A stretch of 64,000 nucleotides of DNA from an uncultured Acidobacteriaceae bacterium (GCA_963831675.1 CAWHRM010000011.1:43754-107753), one strand, 5' to 3'. Positions 9,593 through 21,208 are shown, numbered from the stretch's first letter. Translations and numbers: made by a program. The notes: generated from the sequence alone by a model not told the origin.

Positions 9593-11806
9593 ATGACATA
9601 TCGACTCAGAAGTTTCCTGGCACTCATTCTGGTTTGCCTCCCCTCGATCTTTGGCCTGACCCAAAACGCTCCTTCTGCGGGGCAGCGCCCCAAGATCGGT
9701 CTGGTACTACAGGGCGGCGGAGCGCTGGGGCTCGCCCACGTGGGTGTCATTACGTGGATGGAAGAGCATCACATCCCGATATCCTATATCGCGGGCACCA
9801 GCATGGGCGGTCTGGTGGGCGGGGTGTACGCCACGGGACACAATGCGGCCGAGATGCGCCAGATCGTAAACAGCATCAACTGGGACGACGTGTTGTCGCC
9901 GCTGACGCCGTTTAATGATCTCTCGTTCCGGCGCAAGGAAGATGCTCGCGACTATCCCAACAGCCTTGAGTTCGGATTGCACAAAGGTCTGCAGTTTCCC
10001 TCCGGCCTCAACTCCGGCCAAGAGGTCGTGCTCGTTCTCGACAAGGTTGCCCTCCCCTATTCAGAGATCAAGAGCTTCAACGACCTTCCCACTCCGTTCG
10101 CTTGCGTCGCCACCGACCTGGTCAGCGGCAAGCCCAAGGTTTTCCGCAGCGGGTCCCTGGCCCTCGCTTTGCGGTCCACCATGTCTCTGCCCGGAATCTT
10201 CACCCCCGTCCGGACCAAGGATGCCATCTACGCCGACGGAGGATTGCTGCAGAACATTCCGGTCGAAGTGGCGGGAGAGATGGGGGCGGACCTGACCATT
10301 GGGATTCACCTGGCGGAGGCGCCGATACCCGCCAACGCCAATCTGTCCTCGTTCTCCGTGCTGGGCGATTCAATCGCCGTCATGATCAACGCCAACGAAC
10401 TCTTGAGCATGGAAAAAGCCGACATCCTGGTTTCGGTTCCCTTGCAGAAATATGGCGCCCTCGATTTCGACAAGGCTGACCAGATTATCAAGATCGGGTA
10501 CGACGCTGCTGCCGCCAAGGCCAAGGTGCTTTTGAACTATGCGGTGGATGACGCTACCTGGAAGCAATACCTGGCCGATCGCCAGTCCCGTGTCCGCAGC
10601 AATCCCGTTCCGACATTTGTTGCGGTCGAGGGGGTGGATGCGGACCTCTCGCGGCGAGTCGAAGAGCGAGTGGCCGGCTTGGCGGGCAAGCCCATCAACT
10701 TCGACGAACTGGATCACGACATCATGCGCCTGAAGGGTACGGGACGCTATTCCGTGCTGAACTACCAATTCGTAGAGCGCGATGGTAAGCAAGGCCTCCT
10801 GATAAAGACCGAGAAAAGTGAGGTTGGCCCACCGGTGGTTCGGCCGCTCATCTTCATTGACGGGTCAAGTTTGAAGAACGTTACCTTCAACCTGGGAGCG
10901 CGAGTGACCTGGTTTGATGTTGGAGGCTTCCGCTCGGAATGGCGGAACGACTTCATTTTGTTCTCCCAGTACGGGGCGAGGTCGGAGTATTACCATCCCT
11001 TTACGCCCTTGACCCACTGGTTTATCGCGCCCCGCGGAATGGCCGAGAACGATCCGTATTACCTCTTCAATGAGAACAAACTGACTACCATCTATCGTCA
11101 AACCAACCTTGGTGGAGGCATCGATGTCGGCTACCAGTTCGGCAATACGGGCGAACTGCGCGCCGGCTACGAAGGCGGGTGGAAACACTTCGCGCCGCAA
11201 ATCGGAAACGCGAACGAGCTGCCAACCTTTTCCGGCGGCTACGGCGACGCCAGAATTCAATACAGGCTGGTTACCCTGGACAATGCTGTGATTCCTCGCG
11301 CGGGAAAGAACCTGACGGCCGATTTTAGGTGGTATAACGCCAGTCCGCTGGCGCCCAAACCGTACCCTGTGGGGGAAATCGCCTCGCTGAATTTCTTCCG
11401 GCTGAGCGAACCGTCTTCAGTTTTCCTGAATGGATTTGGCGGGACAACCTTCAACCACTACGACACCGGTCTGCCCCAGTTTTCCTTGGGAGGCTCGCAG
11501 CGGCTGGTCTCCTATGGCATCAATGAACTGCTGATGGACAAGTACTTCCTCTTCCAGGTGGGATACATCCGGCAACTGGCGACGCTGCCACCGCTCCTGG
11601 GTGGTGGCATTTACTTCCTGGGAGTGTATGAGGCGGCGCAGGTTTACGGCCCACCCCATACCATGGTTAACAAGGCGTCAGGCTTCCCAACCGATGCTGC
11701 AGCGGGCATCGTCGTCAACACTATCTTCGGACCGGTGGAAGCGGCCTACGCCTACGGCGACACGGGACATCACAAATTCTTCTTCCAGATTGGGCGGCTA
11801 TTCTAA
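9593..11806 (+). CDS. patatin-like phospholipase fused to an Omp85/surface-antigen beta-barrel (PlpD-like)
   Basis: Oxyanion GGGALG in VLQGGGALGLAHVG, nucleophile GTSMG (GxSxG), and catalytic Asp in YADGGLLQNIPV. The C-terminal ~330 aa are beta-rich and end in ...HHKFFFQIGRLF. The ORF is intact over 737 aa. Confidence 0.85.
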   Translation: MTYRLRSFLALILVCLPSIFGLTQNAPSAGQRPKIGLVLQGGGALGLAHVGVITWMEEHHIPISYIAGTSMGGLVGGVYATGHNAAEMRQIVNSINWDDVLSPLTPFNDLSFRRKEDARDYPNSLEFGLHKGLQFPSGLNSGQEVVLVLDKVALPYSEIKSFNDLPTPFACVATDLVSGKPKVFRSGSLALALRSTMSLPGIFTPVRTKDAIYADGGLLQNIPVEVAGEMGADLTIGIHLAEAPIPANANLSSFSVLGDSIAVMINANELLSMEKADILVSVPLQKYGALDFDKADQIIKIGYDAAAAKAKVLLNYAVDDATWKQYLADRQSRVRSNPVPTFVAVEGVDADLSRRVEERVAGLAGKPINFDELDHDIMRLKGTGRYSVLNYQFVERDGKQGLLIKTEKSEVGPPVVRPLIFIDGSSLKNVTFNLGARVTWFDVGGFRSEWRNDFILFSQYGARSEYYHPFTPLTHWFIAPRGMAENDPYYLFNENKLTTIYRQTNLGGGIDVGYQFGNTGELRAGYEGGWKHFAPQIGNANELPTFSGGYGDARIQYRLVTLDNAVIPRAGKNLTADFRWYNASPLAPKPYPVGEIASLNFFRLSEPSSVFLNGFGGTTFNHYDTGLPQFSLGGSQRLVSYGINELLMDKYFLFQVGYIRQLATLPPLLGGGIYFLGVYEAAQVYGPPHTMVNKASGFPTDAAAGIVVNTIFGPVEAAYAYGDTGHHKFFFQIGRLF

Positions 11807-11839
11807 AGATGTAGCATAATGCTGCGACGTTGAGTGCCG

Positions 11840-12020
11840 GAGGTGCGAAATAGGTTAGCCCAGTCCTTCAGGGCTGGGTGGACGGTTAAAACGGGGAACG
11901 ATGAGTGCCGTAGGCACGACACAATCTCGGTGCCGTCCCTGTGGGACTCCGGTTTGATATTGCACACGGTCCCAGCGCTGAAGCGCTGGGCTAACCTACG
12001 TTGCGCCTACGGCGCGCAAG
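11840..12020. repeat. hairpin-module cluster in forward and inverted orientation
   Basis: ttagcccagtcc-ttca-gggctgggt (11859-11878), gtgccgtaggcac, cccagcgc-tgaa-gcgctgggctaa (11971-11990, inverted copy) and gcgcc-tac-ggcgc (12003-12015). Confidence 0.8.
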
Positions 12021-12072
12021 AATCGCTTTTGCGCGGCTTCGTAGAAGGATGTCAACGGTGTGAGCTGACACC

Positions 12073-13876
12073 ATGATTCGCCTTATTCGCGAACTGATTC
12101 GTCCCTATCGCGGCCAGTTGGCCATCATCCTGCTCGCCATGCTGGTCGAAACCGTGATGAGCCTGGCCGGCCCGTGGCCACTGAAGATCATCATCGACAA
12201 CGTCGTCGGCAACCACAAAATGTCGCCCTGGCTCGACCACCTGGTCCGGCCCATGCTGGAAGGCGGCGGCAAGTTGCAGGTCGCTGGATTGGCGGCGCTG
12301 GCCTTCGTCGTGATCGCCGTACTGGGCGCGGTCGCCACCTACATTGACAACTACTACACCGAGAGCGTCGGGCAATGGGTTGCCAACGATCTGCGGATGC
12401 GCACCTATCATCATCTGCAACGCCTGTCGCTGGGCTATTACGACACTCACCAGACCGGCAATCTGCTGAGCACGATGACCACCGACATCCAGACCATACA
12501 GGGCTTTGCCTCTTCCTCAACCCTGAATATTCTGGTTGACCTGTTCACCATCGTCGCCATGCTGGGTCTGATGTTCTGGCTGAACTGGGACTTCACCATG
12601 ATCGCGGTCGCGGTGACACCGTTCCTGCTGTTCTTCGTGTCGCGCTTCAAGAAGGCGGTGAAGAAGGCGACCCACCAGGTGCGCAAAGAGCAGTCCGAGA
12701 TCGTCGCCGTGGTGCAGCAGGGTCTGGAATCCATGCGGGTAGTCAAGGCCTTCGGGCGGGAGGACATGGAGCAGGACGAACTCAAGGAGGTAAGCCAGGC
12801 AACGGTGAATGCAGCTCTGGCGGCACGCCGCGTGAAATCGTTGCTTTCACCCGTGGTGACGGTTACGGTCGCTCTGTGTACCGCCGTAGTGCTGTGGCGC
12901 GGGGCCGCGCTCATCCTCGCCGGAGCGATGACGGTCGGAGCGCTCACCGTTTATCTGTCGTACCTGAGCAAGTTCTTCAAGCCGGTCAAGGATCTCGCCA
13001 CCACCACCAACGCGATTGCCCAGGCGGCGGTTGGCGTCGATCGCATCCGCGCCATCCTCGATACCGACTCCATCATTCCGGAGAAGGCCGATGCCATCGA
13101 GCCTCGCTTCATCAAGGGCGATATCGTTTTCGACCATGTGGCGTTTGGATATTCCGTAGATGCCAGGGTACTCGGCGATGTCAGCTTCCATATCAAGCCC
13201 GGACAACTGGTGGGGGTCGTCGGGCCCACCGGCAGCGGAAAGTCCACGGTCGTCAGCCTGATCCCGCGCTTCTACGATCCAACGGCCGGCATCGTAAAGA
13301 TCGACGGCCGCGATGTGCGCGATTACAAGCTTAGTTCGCTGCGCGAGCAAGTCGGCTACGTCTTGCAAGACACCGTGCTCTTCCGCGGGACTATCCTGGA
13401 GAACATCGCCTTTGGCCGGCCGGACGCCACCCGCAACGAGATTGTCGACGCTGCCAGGACGGCGAATGCGGATGAGTTCATTTCGCGCATGCCGCAAGGG
13501 CTACGACACCATGGTCGGCGAGCGCGGCCTCACGCTTTCCGGCGGCCAGCGTCAAAGAATTGGCATCGCCCGCGTCATGGTGCGCAATAGCCCCATCCTG
13601 CTGCTCGACGAGCCGACCGCCGCACTCGACAGCGAATCGGAGAAGCTGGTCATCGACGCGCTCGAGAAACTGATGAAAGGCCGCACCGTTATTACCATTG
13701 CCCACCGGCTGAGCACGATTCGGGATGCCGACCAGATTATCGTGATTGCCGGCGGCGTGGTGGCGGAGTCGGGGACGCACGACGAACTGATGGCGCTGGG
13801 CAAAATCTATGCCGATCTCCATCGTACGCAATTTGAGGACGCCGCCAAGGCGAGCGCGGCACAGCAGGCGCAGTAG
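12073..13876 (+). pseudogene. ABC exporter, fused permease/ATPase (MsbA/ABCB type), one frameshift
   Basis: Six-TM domain followed by Walker A GPTGSGKST. After ...[10 protein letters not shown] the frame shifts near the ggg at 13498-13500 into ORF 13313..13876, giving [25 protein letters not shown] (ABC signature) and [12 protein letters not shown] (Walker B). Removing one g restores [17 protein letters not shown]. Confidence 0.85.
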
Positions 13877-13947
13877 GTTTCTGGTAAAAAGTGGAGTATG
13901 GGGCCCTGAGCGGATTGGTGATCTGCCTGGGCAGATGAAAGCTGCAC

Positions 13948-14113
13948 GCTTTGAAGGGGCACGGCTTGAGCCGTGCCGTTAGGTGCCTGGAGAGTCGGGC
14001 TTCAGCCCCCGAGGGGACTCGCACTTCGTCTTAAGAACGAGGTCCCTCAGTGGCCAAAGCCATCATCATGAAAACAGCGTATCGACACGGCTGAAGCCGT
14101 GCCTCTTCAAAGC
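13948..14113. repeat. MITE-like composite with ~28-bp terminal inverted repeats
   Basis: gctttgaaggggcacggcttgagccgtgcc (13948-13976) against cacggctgaagccgtgcctcttcaaagc (14086-14113). The same termini recur at 37666-37695 and 37981-38009. Confidence 0.75.
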
Positions 14114-14150
14114 TTTATGGCCTGTTGAACGATCCAACTCGCTACGAATT

Positions 14151-14185
14151 GCTAATGGCTAATGGCTAACTGCTAATTGCTAATT
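14151..14185. repeat. heptanucleotide tandem repeat (GCTAATK x5)
   Basis: The tract reads gctaatg gctaatg gctaact gctaatt gctaatt and ends 16 nt before the PLD start codon. Confidence 0.9.
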
Positions 14186-14201
14186 GCCAAGGGAATCTCC
14201 T

Positions 14202-15202
14202 ATGTCTCGCTATCTGATTGTCATGCCCGATGATTCTTCGCGGCCCATCCTCGAAGCCATCAATCACGCATCGAAATCGCTGCGCATCAAGATGTTCACC
14301 TTCTCCGATCCCCACCTTGTTGCACGCGACCATCGCGGCCCACCGCCGCGGCGTGCAGGTCCGTATCATGCTCAATCCGGCTCGCCGCAGCGGGGAAACC
14401 GAGAACGAAGAATCGCGCAAGATGCTGACCGACGCCGGCGTCCAGGTCATTGACAGCAATCCTGCCTTCGATCTCACGCATGAGAAATCCATGGTGGTGG
14501 ATGACGAGGCTGCGTTCGTCATGTCGCTCAATTGGGAGACCAAGAACTTCACCGAAACCCGCGATTACGCCGTCGTCACCAAACACAGCCACGAGGTCTG
14601 CGAAATCACCGAAGGCTTTGAAGCCGATTGGCATCGTAAACCCTTCAACCCCGGCGAGACAATCGCATTTGATCTGGTGCATTGGCAACGGCCGCCAGCG
14701 CATTGGCCAGTTCATCGACGAGGCCAAACATTCGCTGTGGGTGCAGAACGAGCGTTACCAGGACCCGGTCATCATCGAGCGGCTGGTCCGGGCAAACGGT
14801 CGCGGCGTCAAGGTACACGTCCTGGCGCGGCCGCCGCACAAGCTGAAAAAAGAGAAGCTTGTCGAAGGCGTCGGGGGCCTGCGAATCCTGGACGACGTGG
14901 GCGTCAAGGTACATAAGCTGAAGGGCCTGAAACTTCATGCCAAGCTGCTCTTCGCCGATGGCGTCCGCGGCCTCATCGGTTCCATCAACCTCGCGCCGGG
15001 CAGCTTCGACAGCCGCCGCGAACTCGCTATCGAGGTGCACGACGGCGACATCGTGGACCGGTTGCATACCATCGTGCGTCGGGACTGGGAGAACTCGCGC
15101 CCGCTCGATCTCACCGACGAGGGACTGCTGGCCGAGCTGGAAGACAAAGACGAGCACGTGGCCGAGGACCTTGCCATCCAGACCAGGAAGAACAGTGACT
15201 AG
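14202..15202 (+). pseudogene. phospholipase D-family protein with two HKD motifs, two frameshifts
   Basis: MSRYLIVMPDDSSRPILEAINHASKSLRIKMFTFSDP, then a shift at cccc 14310-14313 to TLLHATIAAHRRGVQVRIM...LTHEKSMVVDD (HKD 1). A second shift near 14660 gives ...IGQFIDEAKHSLWVQNERY...LKLHAKLLFADGVRGLIGSINL (HKD 2). Confidence 0.8.
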
Positions 15203-15286
15203 AACCCGCTTTACTCGGTCTACGGCTCGCCACTTTTCCAATCCACTTTCGTATAGTATCGTCATAGCTCCAAAGGTACAGGTCCC

Positions 15287-16643
15287 ATGTCACAAAGCCT
15301 CAGCATCGGTCAGCACGAACCTCTGAAGATCAAGATTCAATCGCGCACCGCCAAAGTTGGTGTCATCGGAATGGGTTACGTCGGTTTGCCGCTGGCGCTG
15401 CTCTTCAGCGAGCAGTCATTTCCCGTGACTGGCTTCGACATCGACCAGAAGAAAGTGGACGTGCTTCAGTCTGGCGGCTCCTACATCTATCGCATCGCTC
15501 CCACCGATATTCAAACCGCGCGCTCCTATGGTTTCTCCGCCACCTCCGACTACGCCAACATCGCGAGTATGGACGCCATCATCATCTGCGTCCCCACGCC
15601 GCTGAACGAACATCACGAGCCCGATCTCCGCTACATTCGCGAGACCGCGGAGTCGGTTGCGCCCCATCTGCGCGCCGGACAGTTGGTGATTCTGGAGAGC
15701 ACGACCTATCCCGGCACCACGGAAGAAATCCTGGTTCCCATCTTGGAGAGCCAAAACAAGAAAGGCCTGAAAGCCGCGCGGCCTGGCGCTGATGGCTCGG
15801 ACCTCTTCTACGTTGTCTTCTCTCCCGAGCGCGAAGATCCCGGCAACGACACGGTCGCGCGCCGCGACATTCCCAAGGTCATCGGCGGGCTCGATCCTCG
15901 CGCCAGCGAACTCGGCGGGCAGCTTTACGGCTCCATCTTCAACCGCACCGTCCCCGTCTCGACGCCTGCCGTGGCGGAGATGACCAAGCTGCTGGAGAAC
16001 ATTTACCGCTGCGTGAACATCGCGCTGGTCAACGAGCTCAAGCTGCTCTGCCTGCGCATGGGCATCGACATCTGGGAGGTGATCGAAGCCGCCAAGAGCA
16101 AGCCTTTCGGCTTCCAGCCGTTCTATCCCGGCCCCGGCCTGGGCGGACACTGCATCCCCATCGATCCCTTCTATCTTTCGTGGAAGGCGCAGCGAGTTCG
16201 ACTTCCAGACGCGCTTCATCGAGCTGGCCGGCGAGATCAACACCGGCATGCCCTATCATTCGGTCGAAGCTGTCGCCGCCGCGCTCAACCAGCACAAGAA
16301 GTCGCTGAACGGCTCGAAGCTACTGGTGTTGGGACTTTCCTACAAGAAAGACATCGACGACCTGCGCGAGTCGCCGTCGTTGACCATCATCGAGCTGTTG
16401 CAGAACCGCGGCGCCCTCGTCAGCTACAACGATCCCTATTTCCCCACCGTCGGACGCGGCCGCAAGTACGACCTGAACATGACCTGCACCCCGCTCGATC
16501 AGCTCGACCAGTACGACTGCGTCATCATCGTCACCGACCACAGCGACTACGACTATCCCCGCATCGTGCGGGAGGCGAACCTTGTGGTGGACACGCGCAA
16601 CGCCACCAAGGGCATCGATTCACCCAAGATCGTGCGTTGCTAG
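15287..16643 (+). pseudogene. nucleotide-sugar (UDP-sugar) 6-dehydrogenase family, one frameshift
   Basis: Rossmann KVGVIGMGYVGLPLALLFSE and catalytic-region GPGLGGHCIPIDPFYLSWKA. A shift near 16190 (tggaaggcgcAgcgagttc) is followed by REFDFQTRFIELAGEINTGMPYH...LVLGLSYKKDIDDLRESP in ORF 16248..16643. Confidence 0.85.
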
Positions 16644-16839
16644 GCTGTGCCGCAAGATGAGCTGAGGGTCAGCATCAAGATTGGAAGCGGAACATGAGCC
16701 AACGGTTTTCCCGCGCCGCTCCCCACTCATGGACGCGGGCGGAATTCCGGTAGTATAAGAGTTGGTTGCACTGGGCGGAGCTTTTCCCGCCATTCAGATC
16801 GATTTTTCTCTGCCGTATCAGGAGTGCGAAGGGATATTC

Positions 16840-17976
<1,137 letters not shown>

Positions 17977-17980
17977 ACGA

Positions 17981-18039
17981 CGCTTTTCGCTCTTCGCTTT
18001 TCGCCAAGCCGGGTCTTGCGAAGAGCGAACAGCGAGTCG
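17981..18039. repeat. inverted heptamer tracts forming a long hairpin (CGCTYTT x3 ... CGAAsAG x3)
   Basis: cgctttt cgctctt cgctttt cgcc, then aagccgggtcttg, then cgaagag cgaacag cgagtcg. cgctcttcgc pairs with gcgaagagcg. The structure starts 5 nt after the citrate synthase stop and may act as a terminator. Confidence 0.7.
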
Positions 18040-18250
18040 CGACACCCCGAATCGCTGTTCACCCGCCCGAATCCAATAAGAGGGCAAAGAGGCTCTGATT
18101 AAGTGCGATTGTTGAAGGGGACGGCCTTCAGGCCGTCCGTAAGTTCCGCAAAATCATTGCGGCTTTAGCCGCTGAGAGATTTTGTCGCGACTTAGTCAGA
18201 ATTTCCCTAGAATAGACAACAAGCTGTTAGTTCTCGCTTGCCTCTGGCTG

Positions 18251-18283
18251 GCGAAAAGCGAACAGCGAATAGCGAACAGCGAC
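18251..18283. repeat. heptanucleotide tandem repeat (GCGAAHA x4 plus a partial unit) abutting a start codon
   Basis: The tract reads gcgaaaa gcgaaca gcgaata gcgaaca gcgac and is immediately followed by ATG 18284. No Shine-Dalgarno sequence is visible. Confidence 0.9.
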
Positions 18284-19450
18284 ATGCACCGCGTGTATCT
18301 CGACAACAACGCCACCACACCGCTTCTGCCTGAAGTGTTTGAGGCGATGCGTCCTTACTTCTTCGAGAAGTTTGGCAATGCCTCGTCCATTCATCAGCAG
18401 GGACAGCAGGCGCGGGCTGCGGTCGAGCGCGCGCGCGAGCAGGTTGCCGAGTTGCTGAACTGCCGTCCGGCGGAGATCGTCTTCACCAGCGGCGGCACCG
18501 AGGGCGACAACCTGGCGCTGTTCGGCCTGATGAAGCCGGGCGACCACGTCATCACTTCGGCCGTCGAGCACCATGCCGTGCTGAACGCGTGCAAGCGCCT
18601 GGAAGAGATGGGTTGCGCCGTCACTTACCTGCCGGTGGATGGCCGCGCGCTGGTCGATCCTGACGATGTGCGCCGCGCGCTGCGTCCGGAGACGAAGCTG
18701 ATCAGCATCATTCTGGCCAACAACGAGACCGGCGTGCTGCAGCCGGTGCGCGAAATTGCAAAGATTGCCGGCGAAGCCGACGTGTACTTCCACACCGACG
18801 CGGTGCAGGCCGCGGGCAAGGTTCCGCTCGATGTGAAGGAGATTGGCTGCGACCTGCTGACCTTGACCGGCCACAAGATGCACGGCCCGAAAGGCGCAGG
18901 CGCGCTCTATGTGCGCAAGGGAACACTCTTGCAACCGCTGTTCTATGGCGGGCGACACGAGCGCTCGCGTCGCGCCGGCACCGAGAACCTGCCCGGCATC
19001 GTTGGACTCGGCAAAGCGGCGGAGATCGCCCGCGAAGGCTTTGCGGACGGCAGCGTCGAGCGCATGGCTGCGCTGCGCGATCGGCTGGAGCGCGGCATCG
19101 TCGAGAGCGTCGAGCAGATCGGCGTGAACAGCGGCGATGCGCCGCGCGTGCCTAACACGACCAACATCTATTTCGACTGCATCGAAGGCGAGGCCATGGT
19201 GATCGCGCTCGATCTGAAGGGACTGTCGGTGTCGACCGGAGCGGCATGTTCGTCCGGAGCCATCGAGCCGTCGCATGTGCTGACCGCGATGGGTCTCTCG
19301 GCCGATCGCGCGCGCGCCAGCATCCGCTTCAGCCTGGGCAAACAGAACACGGCGGAGGATGTGGAGTTCGCGTTGTCTCTGGTGCCGGAAGTGGTGGCCA
19401 GGCTGCGGGAGATCAGTCCGGTGTGGAAGAAGCAGCCCGCTATCCAATAG
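18284..19450 (+). CDS. cysteine desulfurase (NifS/IscS class)
   Basis: MHRVYLDNNATTPLLPEVFEAM..., the PLP-Lys region LTLTGHKMHGPKGAGALYV, and the active-site loop SVSTGAACSSG. Confidence 0.85.
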   Translation: MHRVYLDNNATTPLLPEVFEAMRPYFFEKFGNASSIHQQGQQARAAVERAREQVAELLNCRPAEIVFTSGGTEGDNLALFGLMKPGDHVITSAVEHHAVLNACKRLEEMGCAVTYLPVDGRALVDPDDVRRALRPETKLISIILANNETGVLQPVREIAKIAGEADVYFHTDAVQAAGKVPLDVKEIGCDLLTLTGHKMHGPKGAGALYVRKGTLLQPLFYGGRHERSRRAGTENLPGIVGLGKAAEIAREGFADGSVERMAALRDRLERGIVESVEQIGVNSGDAPRVPNTTNIYFDCIEGEAMVIALDLKGLSVSTGAACSSGAIEPSHVLTAMGLSADRARASIRFSLGKQNTAEDVEFALSLVPEVVARLREISPVWKKQPAIQ

Positions 19451-19455
19451 AGGAT

Positions 19456-19553
19456 TTGTCATCCCGAGCGAGCGCAGCGAGTCGAGGGATCTGTGGTTCC
19501 GACAAGAAGCAGATCCCTCGACTCGGACTGAAGTCTTCGCTCGGGATGACAAG
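19456..19553. repeat. ~98-bp palindromic element between the cysteine desulfurase and mnmA
   Basis: Outer arms are ttgtcatcccgagcgagc and cttcgctcgggatgacaag. Inner arms are cgagtcgagggatctg and cagatccctcgactcg. A half copy lies at about 21878-21925 (tttgtcatccctagcgggcttcagcccgagagggatctg). Confidence 0.8.
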
Positions 19554-19566
19554 CGAAGAGGAGTGA

Positions 19567-20682
19567 ATGACCAATAAGCGCACCATTGCCGTGGCCATGT
19601 CGGGCGGAGTGGACTCCTCCACCGTCGCGGCGATGCTGTGTGAGCAGGGCCACAACGTCGTCGGGCTGACCATGCAGCTCTGGAACCAGCGTCGCCTGGC
19701 CGGCCATCACGGCATGCCCAGCGAGCCGGTGCAGGGGCGCTGCTGCTCGCTCGACGATGTGTACGACGCGCGCCGCGTCGCCGAGACGCTCGGCATTCCG
19801 TATTACGTGGTCAATCAGGAGGAGCGCTTCGAGCACGATGTGGTGCGGCCGTTTGTCCAGGAGTATCTCTCCGGACGCACTCCGATTCCGTGCAGCCTGT
19901 GCAACAACCATCTCAAGTTCGACCAGCTGCTGATCACCGCGCGCCAGATCGGCGCCGACCTGCTCGCGACCGGCCACTATGCCCGCAACGAGTTCGACGA
20001 ACGCAGCGGCCGCTGGCTGCTCAAGCGCCCGGCCGACCGCGCCAAGGACCAGACTTACTTCCTCTTCGGCCTGACGCAGGAGCAGTTGAGCCGCACTCTG
20101 TTTCCGCTGGGCGAGATGCGCAAGCCCGAGGTGCGCGAAGAGGCGAAGCGCGCCGGCCTGCGCCTGTTCGAAAAGCCCGACTCGCAGGAGATCTGCTTCG
20201 TCCCCGGCGGCGACTACAAGATGTTTCTCGATGCCTATCTCGAGGAGCAGGGCGAAGCGGTGCTCGACACCGCCGGCGAGCTGGTCACCACCAGCGGGGA
20301 AGTGCTCGGCACCCACAACGGCATCCATAACTTTACCGTCGGCCAGCGCAAGGGACTGGGCGTGGCCACGGGGTCGCCGCTCTATGTGCTGGAGATTCGC
20401 GGCGATCAGCGCCAGGTCGTGGTCGGCGGCGGCGACGAGTTGTACTCACCCACGCTGCGCGCCAGGCGCCTGAATTGGATTGCCGTTGACGAGTTGCGCG
20501 AGCCGATGCGCGTGCAGGCCAAGATTCGCCATCGCCACGAGGCCGCGGACGCCGTGGTCGAGAACAGCGGCGACGACGAGGTGCTGGTGACCTTCGATAA
20601 GCCGCAGCGCGCCATCACGCCCGGGCAGGCGGTTGTGTTCTATGCTGACGACGCGGTCGTAGGCGGCGGCTGGATTACTTGA
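19567..20682 (+). CDS. mnmA: tRNA 2-thiouridine(34) synthase
   Basis: PP-loop VAMSGGVDSS, CCSLDD, IPCSLCNNHLKF, and full-length collinear MnmA-like sequence. Confidence 0.9.
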   Translation: MTNKRTIAVAMSGGVDSSTVAAMLCEQGHNVVGLTMQLWNQRRLAGHHGMPSEPVQGRCCSLDDVYDARRVAETLGIPYYVVNQEERFEHDVVRPFVQEYLSGRTPIPCSLCNNHLKFDQLLITARQIGADLLATGHYARNEFDERSGRWLLKRPADRAKDQTYFLFGLTQEQLSRTLFPLGEMRKPEVREEAKRAGLRLFEKPDSQEICFVPGGDYKMFLDAYLEEQGEAVLDTAGELVTTSGEVLGTHNGIHNFTVGQRKGLGVATGSPLYVLEIRGDQRQVVVGGGDELYSPTLRARRLNWIAVDELREPMRVQAKIRHRHEAADAVVENSGDDEVLVTFDKPQRAITPGQAVVFYADDAVVGGGWIT

Positions 20683-20724
20683 AACTGCGGTAGCGAACCA
20701 CAACTTCTTCACAGGAGATCGACC

Positions 20725-21171
20725 ATGTCAGCAGCTGCTCAACCCACTGCGGATGTAAAGTCCCAAATCGCGAATGTGATTGCCACGCTCTCGGATAGTT
20801 GGAACCGCCATGACATGGCCACCTATGCCGCGCAATTCACCGAGGACGCCGATTTTGTCAACGTACTTGGAATGCATTGGCACGGCCGGCCTGAGATTGA
20901 AGCGCGCCATGCCGACGTGCATCGCAGCATCTTTCGCAATAGCACCCTGCGCACGCTGGACCATTCGCTGCGCCCTCTCGCTCCGGGCATCGTACTGGCT
21001 CACATCCGGTGGCAGATGACTGGCCACGATTCCCCGCCGGGATCGCACTTCCCCGAAGTCCGGCACGGCGTCATTACAGGGGTCTTCGTCGAGCAGGCGG
21101 GACGTTGGCTCATCGCAGCCTTTCACAACACCGATATCATCCCGTTGCCCATTCCCACCGCAGGGAAATAG
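20725..21171 (+). CDS. SgcJ/EcaC-type NTF2-like (DUF4440/SnoaL-like) protein
   Basis: ...LSDSWNRHDMATYAAQFTEDADFVNVLGMHWHGRPEIEARH...GVFVEQAGRWLIAAFHNTD. An AGGAG precedes the ATG. Confidence 0.7.
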   Translation: MSAAAQPTADVKSQIANVIATLSDSWNRHDMATYAAQFTEDADFVNVLGMHWHGRPEIEARHADVHRSIFRNSTLRTLDHSLRPLAPGIVLAHIRWQMTGHDSPPGSHFPEVRHGVITGVFVEQAGRWLIAAFHNTDIIPLPIPTAGK

Positions 21172-21208
21172 CGGCCCGGCAAGCCGGCAGAAACGCCGTT
21201 CGCTGCAA

